NCBI GenBank assembly: GCA_028534125.1
Contig: CM052817.1
Span: forward strand, 61,568,001-61,632,000
DNA from: Lama glama
Taxonomy: Eukaryota
DNA length: 64,000 nucleotides
Direction: 5' to 3'
The notes under the pieces are model-generated. The model searched no databases, was not told the origin of the DNA, and worked only from the letters and a program-made list of their open reading frames with translations. The translations under genes and the position numbers were made by a program. This document shows, one piece after another, positions 52,050 to 64,000 of this stretch. Position 1 is the first letter of the stretch; each line of letters opens with the position of its first letter.

Positions 52050-52900
52050 TCTTACTTTTTCTTCCTAGGGCTGTCCTGTGGTCCACTTGATCATTGCTTT
52101 TTATCTGCTTGGATTTTCCTCAGTTTCTAAATCTTTATTTCTCCTTCTTTCTTGGTGAAATTAGAATTAGTCCCCCCCCCCATTCTTCAGCAGATACTGG
52201 AGTGCTAGGCTGTGTTAGACCAGAACTGCATGTAGTATTTTAAGTAAAAATGAACTGTGGTTTTAAATAGGACGGAGAAGCATGTTTTTTGTTCTTAAGT
52301 GATGTCAGTGCCATTATTAGCTTTGTTGGCTATGGGAACACATTAACACAGGAACTTTTACGCTCCTTTTTATGGTAACTAAGGCCCGTTATCCTAAGTA
52401 GCGTAGTCCCTGTATACTCTTCCCCCATATGTATATAACCCTGTAGTTTTGCACTTTGTATGTTACTTGATGTTTTCCTCCTAGAAACTCAAAAGTTTTG
52501 GAAATCCCACTGACTTGGCATTTCACATACTGGAAAAACTTAGTATCTTTTGCAGACCTGGAAAACTTAATCTGTGTTTCCTCTTGTACATCATTTATAA
52601 AGATGTTAAATAAGACCACTTCTAGCACCTTCCTTATTTATAATTTTCTTGCCAAAATAATACCCCCCCCCCTTTTTTTTAGTGTCATCTTTGTTTATCT
52701 AGTTAAAAGTTCATCTAATCCTATGGTGACTTAGTTCTTCTTAATAACTCTGTGGTAGTACCCTGTTAAGGGCTTTAAAAAAAAAATAGGGTGGATTATA
52801 TTCACTGGTTTCTCCCTTGAAGCTCCACATGGCTTTTAATATGCCAAGACATGATTACCCCTGAAAAAAATCAAAGCCACCCACCCCTGACCATTGTTTG
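52050..52900 (-). mobile_element. CR1/L3 LINE fossil covering the reverse-transcriptase region
   Basis: Minus-strand VLFNIFINDVQEETQIKFSRSAKDTKF (cf. CR1 VLFNIFINDL...SKFADDTKL) and YLKYYMQFWS near 52230 (cf. HLEYCVQFW). Confidence 0.85.
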
Positions 52901-53089
52901 CTAAATCCTTTGGTGACCTTATGCTTTAGCATATGTAGACCTCAGAAATTTGCCAAATTGCCAAGAAATAATAACAACACTGAATTGGGGGAAATTTGAA
53001 AGGCTGCGGATGAGAAAGATGAAATTTAGCATTAATGTGATGGTTGAAATGCAATTATACATAAACAAGCGAAAAAGAGGTTACCGTGT

Positions 53090-53262
53090 TTGAGTCTTTC
53101 CTATGTTCCAGGCAATGAGCTACAACATAAATAAGCCAATTGTGTTTAAGATGGTAATTGTCATCCCCATTTTACAGATGAAAGACCTTGAGGCGTAGTG
53201 AGGTTCAGCAGATGTTAGTCCAGGATTCTAACACAGGACTGTCTGATTCTAAATCTGTGCAT
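53090..53262 (-). mobile_element. MIR SINE
   Basis: 'tcatccccattttacagatgaaagaccttgaggc...caggattctaacacaggactgtctgattctaaa'. Confidence 0.8.
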
Positions 53263-56200
53263 AAGTGTTGGAGGGCTGTTACAGCCAGATGTTGTTAGTT
53301 ATTGATGCTAGAAAGATGAGCAGTGCTCAGCCCGGGGGACCCAAGAGCTTTTAAAGACTGGAGAGAGAAGGGAAAGACCTGTGCGTAACAACTGTAAGAG
53401 TTGGTAATTGCATGTAGACGTGCTGTGAGCAAAGTTAAGACATTTTTTACTGAATTTGGCTTCCATTTGATCCACATATTTTGTGTGTGTGCATGTGAGG
53501 GAGAGGGACATGAGAGTCATTAACATGGGTTAAACGTAGTGACGAGTTTTAGTGAATTTGGGAAATCAAGTAGCTCAGATAGTTTGCTAAGAATATAGAG
53601 ATGCAAATGATGAAAATTATATAAAATTGATCAATTTATCTGAAATGACATGATTAAACTTAAAAAAATTATTTTGTAGGAAGCACCGTAATATATACCG
53701 AATTGTAAACATTGGATTCTGGGGCTTGGCCAAAGTTGATTTGTTGGGAGGGACCAGAGGCATGTACTGAAAAAACACAGTAAAAACCTTTGAGGAGAGT
53801 TTGGTCTTAACTCTTTTAAATCACTTTTTAAAATATTTAAATGGACTCTACATCATTATCTGTAATTTTTTTCTCTATTAGTTAGAATGTGTTACATGAA
53901 ATGAAATTACTACAGTGGCTTTCAAAGAATCGTAAAACCTTCCTTGCTTTAAGCATAATACCTTTGTTTTTTGCAGGGTTAAATGAAATGGAGTCTGTTG
54001 GCTGTGATCATGGAGCTTAGCTGAAGCAAAGTTATTAAAGAAATCTTTAGTTTCCAAAATAACTAGATAAAACATGTATTTTACGTGGAGCCAAAGTGCT
54101 ATGTTGAAGGCAGAGTTTAAAATGGATTTAGGCATTAAAAGTAAAATAGTAAATTAAAAAATTATTGTTACAAATATTTTGTTAAAATCAGCACATTTTT
54201 ACTAGTCTCATAATCACCATTTGATTTTCCAAATGTGCATATATACCACAGAAACACTAAGTTATAGTATAATTTGGAATGAAGAGAAAGCTTCCTTCGT
54301 GAATCCTTATATTCCAAAATACAATTTTTCCATTATGGAAAATTATATTTATGTTGAACATAAATAATCAGATATTTGCTTCACTAATGATCCAGATTAT
54401 TTTAAAATCATGTTACTGGATTTAACGATGCGACCTCTGTTCTGTGACCTTGTGTATTCTGGAGGCTTGTTATGCATGTCAAGGGTATTTCCTTTTATTT
54501 GTTTTAATTTTACCTGCCACTTAAATCATTGAATGACCCTTCATAATCTTATTATGAAACCATATAATAAGGAAGGACTAGTTGATTATTTTTTACTTTA
54601 ACTTTCGTAATCTCATATAATTCAGATCTTCTTTGTATTCTCATTTCTCAGGTCAAATAATTCTTGTTTTACAATTTCTCATCTCAGTAATGGATGAGCT
54701 AGAGTAGTACATTTCAATACATTTATTTTTATTATTTTAGCATTTTACATCTGTTCTCTCTATTTCAAGGGGAGGGAGGCAAGTAGTATGTTGAAAACAG
54801 CACACAACTGGGAGACAGGAAAGGCCATAATTAGTTTTGGAGTCTGAGACTGATCACTTAAGTAAAAGATTGGCCAAGCTCTCTAAGGTCTTTCTGGTTT
54901 GAAATGCTGTGGTTCTGTAACCCAAAAAGGGGAAATCTTATTATAGTTAATAATTACAGTATGGCATTAGTTTCTTTAGAGCAGGGCACTATAACAGATT
55001 CATCTTTGTATTTTTTTTTTCTTCAGGTGGTTTTGGAATTTCTGAGACAAAAGAATGTTCACAAATTAAGCGCCTTCCAAACCTAATCACTTTTGATATT
55101 TTATAATTCTTTACATGAGATATTGATACTTACAGGTTATGCAATTACACTAGGTACCATTTTATATGCTTTTATAAATAAACCCTTTACTTGGGGGTTT
55201 CAAATAATGTTGTTTAGTAAGAAGTAATTCTGCAGTCAGTACTGTTGTACTGCTTTCTTTGAATTATTTTTGAAGAACTTTATGGCAGTTGTTGAAAAAG
55301 GTTTTGTTCAGAAATCAGATTCAGTTTCACGTTTGACTGTTGGGTTATAGTGGCTAATTTTACTAGAGATGAAGTATGCAGAGCATGCCAGCAATATGAT
55401 AAATTCAATTTTGTGGTAACTTTTCACTAATTACTAAGATTATTTCTGCGTGCCTTATTGATTACCTTTGTTTCTGTGATGCCCCATACTAATTATTCTC
55501 TTTTAAAACCCTTTTTAGTATAAAGGCAAAGGCTGAACTAGGTTTAAATGTTGTGCAGTTAAGCTGGTTCTCTCTATGAGAAGTTAATACCTATTATATT
55601 TTTTTGTAAAATATTCTTCAAATTGTTCCAGGATTGGTTTAATACTCAGATCCCTTTAAAATGTGTAGGCAACTTGATATATTATTATTTTCAAGTTGAT
55701 TAGTAATTTCCTTTTAAGAACTATTTTCAAACAGTCAACTCTTATTTTTTTATGTGTGAAGGTTTCAGTGGTATTTTCTGGATTATCTATAACAAATTTA
55801 TAATCCCAGTGTGCTTCTGTGCAGCCTTCCCCTATGGTATGTCAGTAGGTATTGAAAGAATCTGTGCTAAGAGGAAAATTATACTTACCAAGCTGAGTAA
55901 AATAAAATTGAGAAAACAAATTTTCAAAGGCCCTGAAATAAAAAATCATCCTGGAGCATTTGCTGTTGACATAAAGCAGGGGAATCCTCCACTGAAAACT
56001 ATAGAGTTGTTTGTATTACGTGGACTGTTTGCTCTTGTGAGATAAGGGAAACAATATAAGGAAGACACTGAAGTTGTAGAGTAATGCTGAAAATGTTCTT
56101 GTCTATGGTGATTGGATGAAAGTTCATGATACTAAAACATCCTGAATCAAAACTGAGGAACAATGTGAAACAAAGTAAGGCAAGTCCCCTTCATATGGAC

Positions 56201-56789
56201 TCTTTTCTTGGAAATTGGATTGAAAAATGAAGAAAAATCTGATTACCTTTATACCTAACAAGTATCACTTTATTTATGAATTTCTCATACTGACACTATT
56301 CTTGTACTTTTCCCTTCTTTGGAAAACTGATTTCTTTACTTCATTTTCGGAAAAGCTTCTGTTAATCCCATCTCACTGGGCTCTTTCTTCCTTTGCTCTG
56401 CCTGCACCCTCTTCCATCTTAGGATGGAGGTCATGCAGTGACACTCTGCACTGTATGCTTGTATTTATTAGTTTCCTGTGTTAGTGTAATTAGCATCCTC
56501 ACCATTTTAAATGTATTGAATGCCCCCCAAACCGTCTTCTATTTAAGTATTTTTCTACATATTTCACGATGTAGAATGTAACACCCAGAAGATGCGTGGT
56601 CAGTGTTGACTGATTTACTTTCCTACCTTGTATGGTTTTCATCGTTATTTCCTTGTAATTAATGGAAGTGTTCACTTTGAGAATGTGTAAGAAGCCTTAG
56701 GACGTTAAATTGTGTAATTTGTTGTATTTGTTTTATAAATACATTGTAGAACAGGGGATGGGAAAAATTCTCTTCCGTACTTTGACTAA

Positions 56790-56965
56790 ATCCAATGTAG
56801 ATGCTCTGCACTGGATCCGGAGGCAGATATCTGAGTTTGTACCCCAGCTCTTGCGTTCGGTGCCATCATCTGTAGGGGTACTACTCAGGAAGGATGCTGT
56901 GGGATTGAAGTGAAGTACCTCGAACTCTGCCTGATATATGGTAATTATTCAGTAAGTGTTCGCTC
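56790..56965 (+). mobile_element. MIR fragment
   Basis: 'ggaggcagatatctgagtttgtaccccagctct...ggatgctgtgggattgaagtga...tgcctgatatatggtaattattcagtaagtgtt'. Confidence 0.6.
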
Positions 56966-58629
56966 TTACCCTTTATTTTAGATGTTTTAAAGTAGGCTGA
57001 GTGCCAGTACCACTTAAAGTGGTACCTATGTGAGACTGTTCTACTAAAACAGAATGAAGAAAATTTACAGTTAATTGATCAATTTTAATGAGAAACAGTT
57101 TTCTTACAGAATATTTCCAAATGCAAAGTGTTTTAAGTCAGATATTCATACTAAAATATAAGTGTCTTGTTAGAAATAAGCTCTTCAAAATAGTTATTTC
57201 CTTCCCTTTTTATTCAGTTTGGGATACTTCCATCTCTATTTCAGATGCTTGCTTCTTAAAAAGAAAAAAAAGTCCGTATAATGAAATAAGAGGATAAATT
57301 GTATGTTTTCATTGATTTCAATGGCATTTTCCCTTGGATGAGTTATGAAAAGCCTGGTTAAGTTTAGCACCAGCGGAGCTTGAAGAGATGTTAGTATTAA
57401 GCAAGTGTTTAGTTGCATGACATGATCAGTTTACACTATTGCAGAACCTTAATTAAAGTTTTATTAAACTGTGTAAACCATGATCCAGTTTGGATTTGAA
57501 AGTAGATAGACATCTGTTTCAAATATTATTACTACAGTTAGAAATTAATAGCTTTTTTCTGAAAGTTCTCCTTTTGAAACTTTTGTTTCTGTGTCATTAT
57601 TCTCTATTAAAATATTTTTTGAGATGTTAAGTTTATTTTAAAAAAGCACGTTCATAATCTGTATAATATCTAGACAAAAGAAAAGTGGGGAAGTGTTTGG
57701 AAATATTTTTTCAAAGAACAATAAAACAAGACCCCTCTTTATATGTTAAAAGCAGATTTCTACAATGACGCATCAGAGACTCCTAAGCCAGCCTCCTCCT
57801 TCCATCTCTTTTTCTCTTTATGAAGTGAAGGCTAATGCTAGATAAACTTAGCATTATTTTGCTCACTTAGCAATAAGTGAAAGTGTCCTATTTTTTCTCT
57901 TTGCCTCAATGACATCAGAAAATTATTCAGCAAATTTATTTTAACTGGTTGTATTACATGTTTTGCTTTTAGTTCTGGAAAGGAATTGATATATTTCATT
58001 CAAATCTTTATGCTTTCTAGAGAAAAAAAGTCAGAATTTAAATTTAAATTTTTAAACCATGCTCACTAAAATAGTAGAATACACAGCTTGTGATATCCTA
58101 AAGTTCAGAATTCATTCATTTACTCTATTACTATGTCTTAGTTCTGCAAATACTAATTATTAAATTAATACATGTTTGATGAAAACTTTATAAAACATAG
58201 GAAGAGGTCAAAAAGGAAACTGCACTGCTTGGAGTCTGTTATTTGTTTTCATTTTGATATATTTCCCTCTCATGTTTTTAGATTAAAAAACACTGAAGTT
58301 GCCGTCCTAACTTATTTTTGCTTCAAATTATGAATATTTTCTCATCATTAAATATGCCTCAAAATATTTTAATTAGTGACTGGAAATATTCATTTAAAAA
58401 TATTTTTACTATTTTTCATTATAAATGCTTCAGTGAACACCTTTATGATTAGATCTTTAAATATTTTTGTGAAGGCTTGTATGTATGATACCAAATTGCT
58501 TTCCAGTTAAATCATTCTAATTTATAATCCTACTAGCATGATATCTATTTAATTTTACTCATTTTCTTAGGAATGTTAATAAATATTCCAAATATATTCA
58601 TTAAATTTTCGTAAGGCTCAGAAAAAGAC

Positions 58630-59500
58630 AAAACAAAGAAGAAATAAATGAAGTGAAGGTAAGCAATTGATCCAATAATGAGTTCAAGGTAATGATCATA
58701 AAGATGCTCAATGAATGCAGGAGGTGAATGGATGAACACGGCAAGAATTTCAGAGTTAGAAAATGTAAAGGAAAACCGAACAGAGCTAAAGAACACAATA
58801 ACTGAAATAAAAAATGTATTGTCATACAGAGAATCATACAGAGAAATGGATCAGTGATCTGAAAGGCAAACCAATGGAAATCACCCAGGCTTAACAGAAA
58901 AAGAGAGAATGAGGAAAGTTTAAGAGATCTCTAGGACAACATCAAACTTGTAGCAACACTTACATTATAGGAGTCCCAGAAGGAGAAAGAGACAGAGAAG
59001 CAGGCAGAGAACCTATTTGAAGAAATAATAGCTGAAAAATTCCCTAACCTGAGGAAGAAAACAGACACTCAGGTCCAGGAGGTACAGAGTCCCAAACAAG
59101 ATGAACCCAAAGAAGAACACACCAAAAACACTACAATTAAAATACCAAAAATTGAAGAGAGGATCTCAAAAGCAGCAAGAGAAGCAACTAGTCATGTACA
59201 AGTGCTCGCCCATAGGACTATCAGCTGACTTCTCAGTAGAAACTGCAAGCAGAAGAAAGTGGCATGGTATATTCAAAGTCACGAAAGGAAAAAAACTTAC
59301 AACAAAGTACACTCTACCTGGCAAGGTTATCATTCAGATTTGAGGGAGAGATCAAGAATTTTACAGATAAGAAAAAGCTTAAAAGAGTTCAGCACCACTA
59401 AACTGACTTTAGAAGAAGTGTTAAAGGGACTTCTCTCAGCAAAAAAAGAGAAGACTGCATAGAAATATGAAAACTATGAAGAGAAAAAAGTCATATTAAA
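58630..59500 (+). mobile_element. L1 ORF1 remnant (frameshifted, with stops)
   Basis: 'gagttcaaggtaatgatcataaagatgctcaatgaa', 'attataggagtcccagaaggaga', 'tttgaagaaataatagctgaaaaattccctaacctg'; peptide PIGLSADFSVET...RRKWHGIFKV. Confidence 0.92.
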
Positions 59501-59849
59501 AGATGTTAGGACATGGGATATAAGGGGCTGTCTGGTAAACATCATGTGGGTACTTAACTGTGATTTGGGAGTGAACGATCTGGCTAGGACATGTGAAAAT
59601 GTCAATTTCTTTGGTATGTTGAGAAAGGAGTCACAAGTCTTAGTGGGCAGGAATATTAGAATTTGCTTTGTAAGACTTGAGAACCCACCAGTTCTGTTCC
59701 TTGGGACGTCCCCTTCACCAAGACAACAAGGAACGCATTGCTGAACCTTCTGCTGAGTGTCCGACCTGCAAATAAGCAGACAGAGACACGGAGCCCTTTG
59801 TAGGGCACTGTCTAGCTCATCTCTGGTGGCAGATGGGTTATCTTGGACA

Positions 59850-60992
59850 CCTTGGGCACTTTTGAACTAGGAGGAGGTAGCAGATTGTCCTTATCAGAAT
59901 TGATATGCATACCAGATAGAGATATTTTTATTCCCCTGCCTGCAGAACCCTGCTGGAATCACCATCTGAGTGTTCAGCCCACCGACGGGATGACTAACAT
60001 AATCAATATGGTACCCCATCTAATAGTCCCCTGGACTAAGGAGCCTGTCTTATGCTTGAGCCCATGATCACAGGATTCATGGATCTTACTGTGTTCCCCA
60101 GCTCCCAGAAGCATCTGGATAAGAAGGGTGGAATGGAGGAAAGGTTCAGTGAAGGCAGCAGCTTGTGGATAACTCTGGTGTAGGATGCACTACATATGGT
60201 GCTGATTCAATAGCTGGTAGATACTGCTGACTTGATAGCAGATTAAAAGAATCTGAAAATGAAGGGGTGGAAGTTAGACTTAACTTTTACGATCAGTTTC
60301 CATGGCCTACTTGCAAGTTTGTGCTTTCTGTCCCTGCAGTTTTAGCCTCTGCTGGTTTAGAGTTCCTGATTCCTGGATGGTGGGATGAAGAACACTGTTG
60401 AGGATGGGACACAGTAAGAATTCCATTGACTGGGAGCTGTGAATACCACCTGTTCATTTTGGGCTTATGACAGTGCACCAGCGGGCATAAAAGAAGTGTC
60501 AGCTAGACTGGTCAACCCTGAACACTGGGAGAAGCTAAGGGTATTACTGCACAGTGAATACGGGGAGCATTATCTCTGGCTTAAGGGATTCAGTGGGCTG
60601 CCTTCTGGTGTTTCCCTGCCTTGTGGTAACTGCAGTTGGACAATTTAAACAACCATAGCCTAACAGAGGCAAGGCATTTAGAGGTCCAAGCTCCTTGGGA
60701 ATAAATGTCTGGGTCATCTCATAAGGCAGAACCTCAAATTACCCAGAGCACTGGTCAAGGGTGAAGGGAATCTAAAGTGGGAGGTGGAAGAGTGAATGAT
60801 AAAAATTTATAAAACCAGCTGCAAACAGCAAAGACGGGAGCTTCCTTTACTAACTTTTTGGCAACTGCATTACTACCATGAACTGGACTTGTACCTCTTC
60901 TCTTGGAGAAGATGTCAGGGCAGCCTTCTTTTCATACGAGATCTGCATATCTTGAGAGCATATAAGTCACCTGAGTGGCACAAGGGGAGGGT
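59850..60992 (+). mobile_element. ERV-L internal fossil: integrase and dUTPase remnants plus polypurine tract
   Basis: AHDHRIHGSYCVPQLPEASG..EGWNG (from 60060), FVLSVPAVLASAGLEFLIP (60318), DTVRIPL, PPVHFGLM, GINVWVIS, ALVKGEGNLKWEVEE; PPT aaggggaggg at 60982-60991. Confidence 0.85.
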
Positions 60993-61400
60993 TGCCGTAA
61001 GTCTAGTTTGTGTGCTTCTCAGGGCTTCTGGGTTCTACTGCCCATGTCTCAGCAGCCTGCTCTGCTGCTTCAGAGCAGCCCTGGCGAGTCTCCAGTCTTA
61101 ACTGAGGTGCCCTGCCTCTGCCGTCACCTCGTCCTGATCGCTTCTGTCTCAGATTCTTCTGAGGAGACGAGGACCCAGCTTCTGCCCCTCCATCCCTCGC
61201 ACTGGGATGTGAGTGTCTGTAGCTCCCGTGCTGAGGTACCACCTGAATGGAGAGGCTGCAGCTTTCTAGGAAGCTGCCCGGAGGGGCCAGGAAGCACAGC
61301 CTGAAGTGAGAAGGAGAGAACACCCTGGGGTGGCAAACTCTGCCTAATGAGAGATGGGAAACAGACGAACAATTGCTTATCTTTCTTTCCTTCAACAGAG
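60993..61400 (+). mobile_element. Probable 3' LTR of the ERV-L (LTR16/33/40/41-like), partial
   Basis: Begins TG immediately after the PPT; GC-richer block with 'ggcaaactctgcctaatgagagatggga'. Confidence 0.5.
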
Positions 61401-64000
61401 CATTCTAAAATGGAGTGGTCTCATCAGCCTTTCTGTGTTGTGAAGGATGGATGTAATTTAACAGGTAACCTGAGGCAGGAGGAGAGATAATGTGTCCCAA
61501 GTAGAGAACAGTAATCCCTGTGGCACTATTAGGATTGGAAAAGGTAGCCTGTGGTTGAGGAACTGAAATAGTTTGGTAAGTTGAGATCATAGGATAACTG
61601 CAAAAGATGAGATTTGAGTGGCAGATAAAGGCCTGATCTTAAAAATTTAAACTCCAAGATGGTGTGCTTGCTCACTGTGGTGTAAAACTTGTATTAATAC
61701 CTAAAATAGTGTCATTCTTTATATATATATATTTTATCTCAGTACAGTACATCATATATAAAATATATATGAAATATTTGATAGGTGCTATGGAGCACCA
61801 GTACGAGTTATTACTGTTGCAATGTAGTAGACTAACATCAGATACAAGGTTTAGTAAGGTAACTTTATTGCATGTCTGGGATGGGTTGCTGGGTCGGGTA
61901 TCAGGATTTGGGAGGCAGGGAGACCAGCTGAGAGGTTTATGACTTCCGAATGCTGGGGTTCCACTCTCACTCCCGTAGCCCTTTGCTGTGCGCGCTCAGC
62001 CCTGGCCTGGGTCTTTCTGCAGAGCTGTCTGTCAGGTAGGAACCTGGCCTCAGGGGTTCACCCTGTGCTTTCCATTGTCCATGCTGAGAGAGTTCTCACT
62101 GCATCTTCCTAGAACTTGTTGAAGTAGGAGGAATTCCTTTTATCTTGTGAGCTTTAAAACAAAATGATAGACTTTATTGTTTTAGAGCAGTTTTAGGTTT
62201 AATCAAAGTAACTTTTGAACAAAAAGGAAAGGATACCTTTTAGGTTTTTTTTTTTTTAACCTCTTCTTATCTTTAGTATCTTCTTGTTTCATCACAATGA
62301 ATGGCTCTTTGTAGGCTGTGGCATCTGTTTTGTAGAAATTCCATGTCATCTTCCTTGATTTACACTCTTGTACTGTCTTTTTAATAACTTTTGATAGTTA
62401 TATTGTGAAGTTATCCACTTTACCAGGTATGTCATTTTATTACCCAGTATTACCATGATTATCTTATTGGGGCGAGAGCTAAGATTTTTATGTCCATGAA
62501 GTTTAGAAATGGTCACTGCTTCATGTTCTTTCACTAGTGTTTTAACTTTCTGATCTCAGAGCTGAAAAGTTTTTGTAAACTATTTAAATGACTAAGGGAA
62601 AGTTTTGTCTCAATTATGCTCACGTTAAATTTCAAAATATTGTCATGAAACTTTTAAGTCTTCTAATCACTAGCAAAAATACTTGTTACCTAATTTTTTA
62701 TTTACTTGAAATATGAAATGATATGCAGTCAGATAAATGGGAAGAGAATGGACTTAGTTCTGCGTCTTCTTTTCCTGTTGGCCACCAGTTTTATATTCTA
62801 AATGTAGTTTATCCCAAAGTAAATGCTTTAGGAAAAGCTAACCAAAATCAGCCAGAAGAGGCTCCCCACCCTCTGCCAATCCCCCACACCCCCGCCCTTG
62901 CCCTGGCTGTTTTCTGAAATGAATAGTTCTTCTATTTCCTAACCCCCATCTTTACTGGATATTTTCAAACTATTCTTTCTTCCTTTTATCAGTGGTGTAG
63001 CTTTTCCATCACTTGGCACTGTTGGATTTATAGTATATTTTGAAAAGACGTATTACTAAATCGAGCAATTCCCTATCTGTCTGGCATATTTAAATTGTGT
63101 ATTATTCAAATTAAGAGAATTTTTCAGATGATTAAGTTTTACACCCTTGATCATGAAAATACTTATTATTGATAGGCAACTCTAAAAATGTGCTTTTCTC
63201 TTGCCTCATAAAATAGGTTATATTGAACATAATTTAATCTTTTCTGATTACTGAATTATTATAGACACACTCTAAAAAACTCTGCTTTCGTAAGTACTTC
63301 TGATATAAATGGGCTCTTTGTCCCTACTCTAAGTGTTCTCAGGACTGAATTCTGTCTGTTTTGGCCTCTGATTTTTGTTATTTATTTGATGGCTACAGTA
63401 TTTCTGTCCCTAGTGGGCCCATGCCAGCACCCCTTCTCTCCTCCTTTTTTTTCTCATCGCTTTTTCCATGACACAACACACACATCACACACACATAGCC
63501 TTTTAGCTATTTGTATTGCTTTGATTACTTGAAAAATGAGAATTGGTCCAAAATAGGATAAAATAAGGACTTGAATCTGAAGCCAAGTGGTTATACTATT
63601 AGTCAACTATCTAAATCTCATTGTATTATCTGGCATCTCAGTTAACTAGTCAGTGGCTTTGTTTAATTTGCTTTTCAGTCTTGGTTAGGCTGGAGAGTTG
63701 AATTTTCTCATTAAATATGACTTTAGGTTAACTGAGATGTTACTGTAAAAATGTAACTTTTACATAGTTACATATGAATTTTGAAGCAGAATTGATTATG
63801 GAAGCATATCCAGTAAAATAAAACTATCTTTTAAAAATGATGTTCCCTAAGCAACCCTATTTCCATAGAATTTAACTGAAAACTATCCAAAGCAACTTAA
63901 CTGGGTTCTCCTTTTACCTTTTAGAAAATTACTGTCTGAAAGCAATGGCATTATTCAGGTAGTCACTAAAAGGGGGAAAATATGGTGTAACTAATTTCCT

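Noticed and set aside
53670..55100. Strong acceptor-like sites (e.g. ttttttgcAG ~53976, tttttcttcAG ~55026) as exon 2 candidates
   Set aside because: No convincing paired donor or recognisable coding frame; T-rich introns generate many such sites
57007..57025. Perfect inverted repeat gtaccactt-a-aagtggtac
   Set aside because: A 9 bp arm is expected by chance in 64 kb, and it is too short for a miRNA or MITE
60796..61395. Cluster of 82-130 aa ORFs
   Set aside because: They lie in ERV-L 3' internal/LTR sequence and resemble no cellular protein I recognise
1..64000. CRISPR arrays, operons, tRNA/rRNA genes or a novel multi-gene system
   Set aside because: The window is eutherian intergenic and intronic DNA; I saw no regularly spaced repeats, structural RNA genes or intact coding cassettes

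Overview
Mammalian (eutherian) genomic DNA, not prokaryotic. The L1 3' end at 15.7 kb resembles cetartiodactyl and probably camelid L1s, and I saw no Alu, B1, BovB/Bov-tA, PRE-1 or SINEC elements. The one clear gene landmark is a CpG island at about 40.4-41.45 kb. It holds a + strand promoter and an ATG-less first exon with a (GGC)9 tract, ending at a GTAAGG donor (40870). The gene could not be named. About 23 kb of probable intron 1 follows, and about 40 kb of repeat-rich sequence lies upstream. I found no intact protein-coding exon: the ORF-track entries are chance ORFs, gap artefacts or transposon fossils. Repeats include L1, L2, MIR, CR1/L3, MaLR/ERVL LTRs and hAT MITEs; family names come from recalled consensus sequences and boundaries are approximate. 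Notable structures are a TSD-flanked polyA-unique-polyA insertion (candidate orphan transduction), a 5'-inverted L1, an ERV-L integrase+dUTPase fossil with PPT and LTR, a CR1 RT fossil, L1s nested in older elements with TSDs, an ORF1-only L1 remnant and an old ~150 bp local duplication. I found no convincing novel biological system.
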